Positions 10,017-18,378 of a stretch of DNA of 64,000 nucleotides are shown here, in pieces (the first letter of the stretch is position 1; the number at the start of each line of letters is the position of its first letter). The stretch covers positions 1,312,001 to 1,376,000 of the forward strand of contig CAWHDP010000002.1 of assembly GCA_963828125.1 (NCBI GenBank), in the 5' to 3' direction. The stretch comes from an uncultured Chlamydiae bacterium. Lineage in GTDB: Bacteria > Chlamydiota > Chlamydiia > Chlamydiales > SM23-39. Below the pieces are notes generated by a model. The model made no database searches. It was not told where the DNA came from and worked only from the letters and a program-made list of their open reading frames with translations. Position numbers and translations under genes: made by a program.

Positions 10017-10430
10017 ATGAATTTATCAAAATATAGCGGTTACTTTCACGATGGCAGCTTAATCAATTTCAAACATGGGGGAAATAAGATTGAAATTTCA
10101 ATGTTAAGCGCAGAAATAATCCCAGAACATATGATAGAAAACATGCCGCCTTTAAATAAAAATAGAATTACAGGAAAGCTGTATTTAGAAGGGGTAAAAG
10201 AAATCAAAATAAACAAGAAACCTTTTACTGGCATCTTAAAAAAAACGTATGACAGTGGTAGTGTTTTAGACTTTGAAGTTTCCGATCATAAAGTGTTTTT
10301 AGGCATCGAATGGACAGATTATCCCCCTAAGCCAAGAAAATCTGATTTTTCTGCAATCGAGATAGAAGCTGAAAAAATTCGTTGGGAGAATGTTCCAGAT
10401 CTTTCTGACGATTGTTGCAAAGATGATTAA
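10017..10430 (+). CDS. Putative immunity protein
   Basis: 137 aa with FHDG motif near the N-terminus. AAGGAG RBS overlaps the toxin stop. AT-rich. Confidence 0.55.
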   Translation: MNLSKYSGYFHDGSLINFKHGGNKIEISMLSAEIIPEHMIENMPPLNKNRITGKLYLEGVKEIKINKKPFTGILKKTYDSGSVLDFEVSDHKVFLGIEWTDYPPKPRKSDFSAIEIEAEKIRWENVPDLSDDCCKDD

Positions 10431-10614
10431 CTCGATGTTCTAGTTTTTGCAAAAAGTGCTTAACAGGGGCGCTAAAATAGGGCGCCTTTTCAAAATCGAA
10501 GTGCGAAAAGTAAATCCAAGGCCCATTCAACTGTGAAGTGCGAAAAGTAGATTCAAATTAAAAGTGATCAAATGATGGCGTTACTTTTGAATGACCATGT
10601 ATAACGCGTTCTTC

Positions 10615-10950
10615 CTACTTCTTTTTTCTAGACTTCTTCTTTTTTGGGGTCGGCATAACACTTAATTCGGCCTCAATTTCTTCTATTGTAGGCAGGCTTG
10701 ACTTGAGGTCTTTCGGAAGGTTTTCAACCAATTTCACTTCAAATTCTGCTACTCCAATCGGCCGATTGAAGTTCCTCAGAACATATTCAACAAAAATATT
10801 GTCTTTCGTCTTGCAAAAGATGGGCCCTAGCGTTGGTTTATCGCCTTCACTTCTAAGCTGATCATCTACCGCTGAAAGATAGGCGCTCATTTGCCCGGCA
10901 TCGCGGCTATCGAATTCCCCTGCCTTAAGCTCATATGTTGCGCACCACAT
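10615..10950 (-). pseudogene. YhcG/DUF1016 C-terminal fragment
   Basis: ELKAGEF...GQM..YL.AVD, VEY.L....PIGVAE, LKSSLPTIEEIEAEL. N-terminal two thirds missing. Confidence 0.8.
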
Positions 10951-10956
10951 AAAAGC

Positions 10957-11232
10957 TCAACGACTATGTAGCATTTCAACTCTTCTCACTGAAGATTTGA
11001 GACGAAAGGTAGCACTTACTTGTCTGATGATATCTGAGTCGTAGGCTATTTTTTGAGCATCTATAGGTTTTCTATCCATAGGGCAGGTATTATTCAGTCG
11101 AGCCCAAGTTCCCAGGCAATCGGCATCAAAAATATGACCACACTCTAACCGTATTGGATAACTCAACGGTTTAGAACAAATTATACATGAAGGAATCTCA
11201 GTAAGAATCTTAGATATACTAGAACTAGCCAT
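10957..11232 (-). CDS. Eukaryotic-type RING-finger protein (candidate E3-ligase effector), possibly C-terminally truncated
   Basis: C-II-C...CGH.F.(D)..C...W.....CPMDR pattern. Probable start ATG 11232. Confidence 0.7.
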   Translation of the reverse strand: MASSSISKILTEIPSCIICSKPLSYPIRLECGHIFDADCLGTWARLNNTCPMDRKPIDAQKIAYDSDIIRQVSATFRLKSSVRRVEMLHSR

Positions 11233-11308
11233 TTTCAACACCTTATCGTTTTACAAAAGCATTTTATCAAAAATAAAATAAAATACAATCAAAAAATTAT
11301 TAACATAG

Positions 11309-11385
11309 TCATTTTTTATTCTCATCTTTAGAAAGTTTAGCCTCAATCTGTTCAATAGTCGGCAAACTAGATTTTAGATCATTTT
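11309..11385 (-). pseudogene. Second YhcG/DUF1016 extreme C-terminal remnant
   Basis: Manual translation KNDLKSSLPTIEQIEAKLSKDENKK*, matching DLKSSLPTIEEIEAEL of 10615-10950. Confidence 0.6.
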
Positions 11386-11532
11386 TGGCTATTAGATCGG
11401 GGGTCAAGCAAACATTGCAAGGATGGCCATCAACTCGATTAATTGGAAGGCTCAGGAAGAAAAGCTGCTCCGTCCAATTGCCTTAACGCCACCCATTCTG
11501 AAATAGCCAAAGAAATGCATTAATAGTATATA

Positions 11533-12270
11533 TTAGTTCAAATAAAGACTCTGACTATCCCCTTGAATAACCATAATAGACCCATGGGGAATACTTCTTG
11601 TACCTTCTTCTTCAGAATAGTTCCCAAGATAAAAATTCAAGAGTTTGAAAAGCCCCCCATGAGTGACGATGACTATTCTTTCTCCTAAATGAGCCGCACA
11701 AATCTCTTTGATCACAGGCACCATTCTGCATGCCATGTCGACCTTGCTCTCTCCTCCTTCTCCGCAAGGAAAGAAAATCTCTTTTTCAGGAGGTAGGCTG
11801 TCATAGAATCGAAAATGGGATTCTTGGACATACTGCTCTTTTGTATATCCTTCAAATTTCCCGTGAAATTCACCTTTCAAACGCGAATCTCCATATAGGG
11901 GACAGTTCTCTAATTTGTCTTGTATGATATGAGCTGTTTCAAGAGCTTGTTGAAGAGTGGAAGAATAAATTGCAGAAACAGACTGGTCGAGGAGCAGTTC
12001 TCCAGTTTTTTGCGCCTCATTTCTACCTTTTTCATTAAGTGGAATATTATTCCACCCTTGCAACCGACTTATTTCCGTCCAATCTGTACTGCCTTGATTC
12101 ACAAGATAAATCGTACAGACTTCTTTATTGACAGAGATTTCTCGAATGCCGAGTTTTTCTTTCAATACATGAGGGCTAGTGTTAAAAAACTCAGCACTCT
12201 GCGGAAAGGCAAAGTCTCCTTCGTCTGCTTGGAGAGACCCGAACAGCAAGCAAAAAATTAATAAAATCAT
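11533..12270 (-). CDS. Histidine-phosphatase-fold protein with signal-like N-terminus; RHG motif replaced by NQG
   Basis: IYLVNQGSTDW, RLQGW..IPLN..G, IYSS.L..A..TA, GES, VTHGG. Probable start ATG 12270 (MILLIFCLLFGSLQA). Confidence 0.8.
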   Translation of the reverse strand: MILLIFCLLFGSLQADEGDFAFPQSAEFFNTSPHVLKEKLGIREISVNKEVCTIYLVNQGSTDWTEISRLQGWNNIPLNEKGRNEAQKTGELLLDQSVSAIYSSTLQQALETAHIIQDKLENCPLYGDSRLKGEFHGKFEGYTKEQYVQESHFRFYDSLPPEKEIFFPCGEGGESKVDMACRMVPVIKEICAAHLGERIVIVTHGGLFKLLNFYLGNYSEEEGTRSIPHGSIMVIQGDSQSLYLN

Positions 12271-12414
12271 CTTTATTCCGTCAGCATGCAACATAGGTTT
12301 TCTTAATTGGCATAGGCCTTCATGAGGCCCTATTTTGCCTGTAGTTGCAACTTTTTGCAACTTCGAGAAGAGGAAGGTAGGGCAGAACTTTCGACTAAAC
12401 GCCTGAAAAATCCA

Positions 12415-12458
12415 TTGCCTGAAGCCAGAATCGAACTGACGACCTTCGCATTACGAAT
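12415..12458 (-). repeat. att site: duplicated 3' part of tRNA-Thr
   Basis: 44-bp match to 30250-30293 with 2 mismatches (12427, 12437). Confidence 0.92.
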
Positions 12459-12575
12459 ATGCAGGTCGCGCCCCACACCACTGCATCCCGCAGCAGCTGA
12501 CAGCAGAGAAGTTTAAGCGATTCTTTCTTTTCGATCTACTGTGGTTTGCATTGGTTTGAGGCACTTTGCTGCCCC

Positions 12576-12600
12576 CATTTGGTCCACCGTTGGTCCACGG
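12576..12600 (+). repeat. Putative integrase arm-binding tandem repeat (left end)
   Basis: CATTTGGTCCAccgTTGGTCCACGG; 22/25 identical to 30139-30163. Confidence 0.7.
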
Positions 12601-12680
12601 GACAAGTGATTAAGACAAATGAAAATCAGCAGGTTAAGGAGACTTCTTGCGGTTTCTAAAGGAGTTTGTTAGAATTAAGG

Positions 12681-12742
12681 CAAATGGATTGGGGGTTACC
12701 CGGTCGGCGCTAGACCTCGGAGAGATCCGGGGTCTTTCGCTT
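12681..12742 (-). ncRNA. Putative DUF3800-associated structured RNA
   Basis: Directly after the DUF3800 stop: AAGCGAAA-GACC C CGGA tctc TCCG A GGTC-TAGCGC-CGACC-GGG taa CCC-CCAATCCATTTG. GC-rich hairpins in AT-rich context with no poly-U tail. Position matches described DUF3800 RNA motifs. Confidence 0.65.
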
Positions 12743-13537
12743 TCAGGTCCTTGCAAAATCAAGAGCTTTTTGAAGATCAAATAACTTTATGACTTCACTG
12801 TTTTTTGGGAAAATTTTCAATCCCTTCTGCAAATAATTTGGGAATTTATAAAATTTTTGCTCGATGATTTTAAAGGCCAGATTTTCTTCCTGAGGCTTTA
12901 GCACACGTCGACCAATTGGATAGGCGATTAAATCCGCGAGCTGCAAACCTATGCTATTCGCTTTTTTGTCTCCAAAGATTAATTTTACAGGACACTGATC
13001 TTGCAATGGTTTATTTTTTTCGAGCATTCTAAGAAAGGCTTGGTCTAATTCCTTATTCTGATTGTCCATTCTTGACTCGATGACGACATGAGTAGTTCGT
13101 CCATTCTGATTCTTTTCTGCAAGAAATCGATAGAGTCGCTCTAGACAAAATTGCAGCCCAAGCTCGTATGGATTCGCGGGATTTACATATTGTTTCTGAA
13201 GCAACCGCTTGTCAATACCAGTAGCTATAATTGTGAATGGAGAATCCTTGATCGCTTGACTCAGAGTTGTCATGAACATTCCCCTCTGAGCCTGGCCTTG
13301 AAGAAAGCGAAAATCGTCAGCTTGAATTCTGATTTTTTTGCTATGAAGAACGGTCATGTCATGACCCCATGTGGCAAATTTGAATCCCTTTATATGCCTA
13401 ACTACGTCTGTAAGATATTCACGTTTAGAAAAAACGCAAAACGCGAGAACGAACACGGGATACTCTTTATCCTCTAAAGAAAGGTCGCCGCTTTCATCAG
13501 CATACACAATGTAATCACTATAATGATTTTCTCTCAC
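12743..13537 (-). CDS. DUF3800 family protein
   Basis: YIVYADESG, FVLAFCVF, LHS..IR, GLQLADLIAYPIG, GLKIFP motifs. Confidence 0.88.
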   Translation of the reverse strand: MRENHYSDYIVYADESGDLSLEDKEYPVFVLAFCVFSKREYLTDVVRHIKGFKFATWGHDMTVLHSKKIRIQADDFRFLQGQAQRGMFMTTLSQAIKDSPFTIIATGIDKRLLQKQYVNPANPYELGLQFCLERLYRFLAEKNQNGRTTHVVIESRMDNQNKELDQAFLRMLEKNKPLQDQCPVKLIFGDKKANSIGLQLADLIAYPIGRRVLKPQEENLAFKIIEQKFYKFPNYLQKGLKIFPKNSEVIKLFDLQKALDFART

Positions 13538-13701
13538 TCTATCACGCAGAAATGAGCCAGTATCTCATGCAGCAAAATTTTATTGCAATCGATTGATCGA
13601 AGGGCAGAGTACTGCTAATAAGACGAACTGGAAGCTTATCTCTCTATGGAAATGGGAATGCAATACTCAAGGGAGGGAGCAATGGGGAAAAAAAGAAATC
13701 C

Positions 13702-14745
13702 CTATGAACTTGCCGATTGGCGAATTACCTCTTGAACTGAGAAAAATTCAGTTTCTTCTAAAGTCGGAGAAAAAATCGTTACAGTTCCAGGACAGAAGTT
13801 CGTTTTAAATCCGCGCATCTCCATCTCTCTTAAATTTTCCGCCAGACATATCAATCTTCTTTCAATGTCCGCCCTCTTCTCTAAGGTGACGATGTGTACT
13901 GGTTGCTGACCCTTTCCAAGCAATGCAAAGTTGATAGAATCCGTATCAGCCATATCATCCCAGGTCCGCATTAAAATATCGTATTTCTCCTGATCCGGAT
14001 TTAAACTGTTAAGACACCCGCCAATTCTATTGATTTCTGAAAAAAGACCCAAAGCACTGCAATCGAACCCAAGTGAGCGAACTTCAAAATAGACTCGCGT
14101 TAACCGCCCCATTACCTCTGCCCACAGTTTTGCAGCCTGTAAGCGATCTTTCTTTTCTATTTTTTTGAGATCGATAAATGGATATCGGAACACGGTATCA
14201 AGGAAAATTGCTTTTGCGAAAGCCTTATAATGATCAGGATCTCTTATGTTTTTTGCCCATCTCTTAATCCTAGCAACAATCAAATGAGAATGCCGATGAT
14301 TTTGATGCTTTCTCAAAAAATGAATGGTCGCCTGTCGATATAACTTATTAGGTGGGAGATATTTCAATAGAAAATCTTTAACTCGTTTACCAACGTGATC
14401 GCAAAAAACATCAGACCGGATCTCCTGGTCAGAGACAAAATTTCTCCACTCGATTGGAATGATTTCAGAAATCTGCGCCCGCAATCTATGCTTGATTTGA
14501 CCAAGACCAATTAGCTCCAAAAATACCGCAGGAGTCCAAATCCATGTAAAATCAGTGTCTGCAAAGTTGGAGTGATGTCGATCCATCTGATCCAAGAATC
14601 GTTCCCAATTTTCAACCGCGACAGCTAACTGTTGCCCCTCTCCAACAAAAGCAATGGGAGACAAAATTGAAGTGTCAAAAAAGAAATTTTTTTTCAGCTT
14701 TATCTGGGTCGTATTGATCACAGTCTTTTCTAATGTGGATATCAT
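13702..14745 (-). CDS. Hypothetical protein with PIN-like motifs, coupled to AbiEi
   Basis: FFFDTSIL, WTPAVFLEL, DMAD, IVTLE fit PIN acidic positions. ATGA overlap with AbiEi. No nucleotidyltransferase GG..R.S.DxD motif seen. Confidence 0.5.
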   Translation of the reverse strand: MISTLEKTVINTTQIKLKKNFFFDTSILSPIAFVGEGQQLAVAVENWERFLDQMDRHHSNFADTDFTWIWTPAVFLELIGLGQIKHRLRAQISEIIPIEWRNFVSDQEIRSDVFCDHVGKRVKDFLLKYLPPNKLYRQATIHFLRKHQNHRHSHLIVARIKRWAKNIRDPDHYKAFAKAIFLDTVFRYPFIDLKKIEKKDRLQAAKLWAEVMGRLTRVYFEVRSLGFDCSALGLFSEINRIGGCLNSLNPDQEKYDILMRTWDDMADTDSINFALLGKGQQPVHIVTLEKRADIERRLICLAENLREMEMRGFKTNFCPGTVTIFSPTLEETEFFSVQEVIRQSASS

Positions 14746-15338
14746 GTTGTTAAAGCCATAATGTATTTATTGATATTGATTCTTAATGCTTTGGCGTATC
14801 TTGAAAGCTTTGGCAGGTCAGCCTTCTTTTCGCCAGAGGGTTGTAAGTAGGCTTGAAGAGCCTTGATGGCAATTTCGTCGCTCAAATATCGAAATGAGTC
14901 AACAACAGTCCTCTCTCGATCAAAAATTTTTACCTCATATTTCCCCATCTTTACGGTTGTTAGTCCGAGGCTCATATTCCTCATTCGAACGATTCGAATA
15001 TGGGGGCGCTTCGGGCTCTTATCGGTGTTGGGAATGGCAATCCAATACTCCCTCATGATCTGATCGGTCAAATTATAATAGCAAAGGGCTGAGACGAGAC
15101 AAATAACCCCTCTGGGGATACTCGAGGCGGTTAGCACAAGCTCTTCAAAATCAAGGTTGACTCCGCTAGAAGCCTCGGCTACCCGATATAGCCCGCGCCC
15201 GACCCTTTCAATCAGCCCTTTCTGACAAAAATGCGCAAGCATTCTAGGGGGAATACCCCTAGAACGAGCCTCACTGGCCTTGAATATAGGCTCTTTGAGA
15301 AGAGGGTCAAGAAGATGCTGATACTTAGATCGTTTCAT
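14742..15338 (-). CDS. AbiEi-family (type IV TA) antitoxin/transcriptional regulator
   Basis: wHTH N-terminus (GLIERVGRGLYR), ICLVSAL.YY.LT, IFDRERTVVD..R motifs. Likely start ATG 15338. Confidence 0.85.
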   Translation of the reverse strand: MKRSKYQHLLDPLLKEPIFKASEARSRGIPPRMLAHFCQKGLIERVGRGLYRVAEASSGVNLDFEELVLTASSIPRGVICLVSALCYYNLTDQIMREYWIAIPNTDKSPKRPHIRIVRMRNMSLGLTTVKMGKYEVKIFDRERTVVDSFRYLSDEIAIKALQAYLQPSGEKKADLPKLSRYAKALRININKYIMALTT

Positions 15339-15346
15339 ATTTCTAT

Positions 15347-15393
15347 ATGTAACACAGGCACTCACTAAAAGTCAATGAGTGCTTATATTACAT
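15347..15393. promoter_or_regulatory. Inverted-repeat operator over the AbiEi promoter
   Basis: ATGTAACACAGGCACTCA-N11-TGAGTGCTTATATTACAT (15/18 match). A minus-strand TTGACT -35-like hexamer lies in the spacer. Confidence 0.65.
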
Positions 15394-15525
15394 GAACTTC
15401 TGATGAAGGCGAAGGTTCGATCATCGTACAATTTTAAGATGACTCTAAACAATCCTTTATACCCATTATTTCTAAAATCAAAGCTTAGCTAAATCCAGAG
15501 AATTAAAAATATGTTTTAGTTTTAA

Positions 15526-18378
15526 ATGATTTACTCATTTTGTTATTCTATAACGGAATTAACAGTTAGAAGTTTAATGACTTACTTTCATACAAAATAT
15601 TGGGCGCATGCTTTAACTTTGAAAAAAGCATCAAGTAGTATTCAAAGTTTATCGCGTTCGATTGCAAGCGCAAAAGTAGATCTCAATCCGCATCAAGTTC
15701 ATGCTGCACTTTTTGCGCTTCAATCTCCATTTTCTCGTGGAGTCATTCTTGCTGATGAAGTTGGTCTTGGTAAAACAATTGAGGCAGGGCTTGTGATCGC
15801 CCAGAAATGGGCGGAGAAAAAAAGAAATATCCTTCTGATTGTTCCTGCATTTTTGAGAAAGCAATGGGAATTAGAACTTAAAGAAAAATTCTATCTTCCA
15901 GCTCGGATTTTGGATTCAAGAGGATTGGGAGCTAGCAATCCATTTGACGCTTCCGATGAAATTTTAATTTGTTCGTATCAATTCGCTGCTCAATACGCTA
16001 ACTCCCTACGAAAGAAATGGGACTTAGTCATCATCGATGAAGCCCACCGGATGCGGAATGTTTACAAGACCTCAAATAAGCAAGCCAAGGCCATTTCCGA
16101 TGCTCTCAGAGACAACTTCAAAGACGAAGGCTTTAAGATTGTTCTACTCACCGCAACCCCCCTCCAAAACAACCTAATGGAGTTATACGGACTGGTCAGT
16201 GTGATTGACCCCTATGCCTTCGGCGATGAGATGAGCTTTCGAGATCAATATGTGTCTAGGAATGAAGAAGAACGAAACAAAGAGCTGAAGAGAAGACTTC
16301 AACCACTTATTGTCCGCACTCTTCGAAAACAAGTCCAAGAATACATCCCTTTCACCAAGCGAAAGGCTATCACCCAGAACTTTACCCCCAACGACGACGA
16401 ACAGAGCCTTTATGAGGCCGTTTCCGCCTATTTGCAAAGAGACGATCTGGCAGCCCTTCCGAACAGCCAAAGACAACTCATCACCTTGATTTTAAGACGT
16501 ATTTTGGCCTCGTCTTCTTTTGCGATTACAGAGACCTTGAAAAAAATGATTGAGCGTCTGGAAACAGCAGGTCAGAAATCGCTCTACGAGGAGATGAGTC
16601 TTGAACAAATTGAAGCCTTAGATGAAGAACTGAAAGAAAGAATCCTATCGACCGCTCCAGATCAAGAAACAAGAGCTGAAAAAGAAAAAGTACGGCAAGA
16701 AGCCATTGAACTGAAATCCTATCTAGCTTTGGCTGAAAGAATTCAAAAGAACTCCAAAGGAGAAGCTCTTCTTGTCGCATTAGTGAAGGCTTTTAATCAG
16801 GCAGTTGAGTTAGGTGCCTCAAAAAAGGCCGTGATCTTTACCGAATCTACGCGTACTCAAGCCTATCTCTACAATCTCCTCAGCGAAAATGGGTATGCCG
16901 GAAAAGTGATCCGAATCAATGGATCGAACAATGATCCCGATTCTAAGGCCATCTATCAGGCTTGGCTAGAACAGCAAGACGAAAGTGGGCGACGATCTTC
17001 CAGCCGAGCAGTTGATATGAAAGCAGCTCTTGTCGCTGCTTTCCGCGACCAAGGAACCATTCTTCTTGCAACAGAAGCCGCAGCAGAGGGAGTCAATTTG
17101 CAATTCGCCTCTCTCGTGGTCAATTATGATCTTCCTTGGAACCCTCAAAGAATCGAACAACGGATCGGTCGCTGCCACCGCTATGGCCAAAAACATGACG
17201 TGGTCGTAGTGAATTTCGTAAACACTCGAAATGAAGCAGATAAACGGGTGTTTGAACTACTCAATGAAAAATTCAAGCTCTTCGACGGAGTTTTCGGAGC
17301 AAGCGATGAAGTTTTAGGAGCTATTGAATCCGGCGTTGATATTGAGTTGCGCATCCATCAGGTTTATCAGACTTGTCGAACCTCTGAGGAGATTCAACGG
17401 GCATTTGATCAATTACGTGAAGAGCTCGACGAGCAGATCCAAGCGAATCTTCAAAAAACCCGTCAAAATATCCTCGACCATTTCGATGAAGAAGTATCTT
17501 CACTCCTTAAAACGCGCCAGGCAGAAACTGAAAGTGCTCTTGGACAACGTGAGCGCTGGCTATTAAATCTTACCTGCCAAGAGTTAAATCAACCATCTTC
17601 CTCAGATCGTTCATTCGTACACGAAGGAATCCGATATTGTCCCGATTGGCGATTAGCTGAACAAAAAGGATGGACCTTCTTCCGTGAAGAAGATCCCTTA
17701 GCTGTTGACTTGATTCAACAAGCACTTCATCGCCCCCTTTCACCCGCCCGACTTATTTTTGATTACTCCTCTTATGATCAAAAACTTTCCCTCTTAGAAC
17801 CTCTTCAGGGACGCTCGGGTTGGATCGAATTGAACCGGATGGCAATCGATACATTTGAACGGGTTGAATCATTTATCTTTTGCGGTATCTCAGATGATGG
17901 GGAAATCATTGACCCAGAAACATGTGAGAAGCTCTTCTATTTGTCAGGACGCCTTGCTGAAAGAGCGCCCGATGAACCCGTCCCCTCATTCGTATCGCAA
18001 AGAGAAAAATTAAAAGAAGAGGCAATTTTAGAAGCCGAATCTCTGGCGGGTGGCGTCTACGACCAGGAAGTAGAAAAATTAGAGGAATGGTCTGATGATC
18101 TAAAAGAGGGCCTTGAGCGAGAAATCAATGATTTAAACAAACAAATCAAACAGGCCCGTAAAGGGGCCGCTTTATCTAAAACTCTCGCTGATAAACTGAC
18201 TCATCAAAGAAACATTCGAAATCTAGAAACACAGAAGGCTGAGAAACGACGAGCCCTCTTTGCTGAACAAGACCGCATCGATCTGCAACGAGATGAGCTA
18301 ATCTCTCGTCACGAGAAACGGCTTACCCCAAATGTTTCCATAGAACCCATTTTTACAATCCGCTGGAGCGTCGAGTAA
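15526..18378 (+). CDS. SNF2/RapA-like SF2 helicase
   Basis: ADEVGLGKT, DEAH, LTATPLQN, EGVNLQ, QRIGRCHRYGQ motifs; coiled-coil C-terminus. Confidence 0.92.
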   Translation: MIYSFCYSITELTVRSLMTYFHTKYWAHALTLKKASSSIQSLSRSIASAKVDLNPHQVHAALFALQSPFSRGVILADEVGLGKTIEAGLVIAQKWAEKKRNILLIVPAFLRKQWELELKEKFYLPARILDSRGLGASNPFDASDEILICSYQFAAQYANSLRKKWDLVIIDEAHRMRNVYKTSNKQAKAISDALRDNFKDEGFKIVLLTATPLQNNLMELYGLVSVIDPYAFGDEMSFRDQYVSRNEEERNKELKRRLQPLIVRTLRKQVQEYIPFTKRKAITQNFTPNDDEQSLYEAVSAYLQRDDLAALPNSQRQLITLILRRILASSSFAITETLKKMIERLETAGQKSLYEEMSLEQIEALDEELKERILSTAPDQETRAEKEKVRQEAIELKSYLALAERIQKNSKGEALLVALVKAFNQAVELGASKKAVIFTESTRTQAYLYNLLSENGYAGKVIRINGSNNDPDSKAIYQAWLEQQDESGRRSSSRAVDMKAALVAAFRDQGTILLATEAAAEGVNLQFASLVVNYDLPWNPQRIEQRIGRCHRYGQKHDVVVVNFVNTRNEADKRVFELLNEKFKLFDGVFGASDEVLGAIESGVDIELRIHQVYQTCRTSEEIQRAFDQLREELDEQIQANLQKTRQNILDHFDEEVSSLLKTRQAETESALGQRERWLLNLTCQELNQPSSSDRSFVHEGIRYCPDWRLAEQKGWTFFREEDPLAVDLIQQALHRPLSPARLIFDYSSYDQKLSLLEPLQGRSGWIELNRMAIDTFERVESFIFCGISDDGEIIDPETCEKLFYLSGRLAERAPDEPVPSFVSQREKLKEEAILEAESLAGGVYDQEVEKLEEWSDDLKEGLEREINDLNKQIKQARKGAALSKTLADKLTHQRNIRNLETQKAEKRRALFAEQDRIDLQRDELISRHEKRLTPNVSIEPIFTIRWSVE

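Noticed and set aside
12415..12490. Second tRNA-Thr gene
   Set aside because: Only the 3' 44 bp match; the D-arm and 5' acceptor strand are missing, so it is an att remnant.
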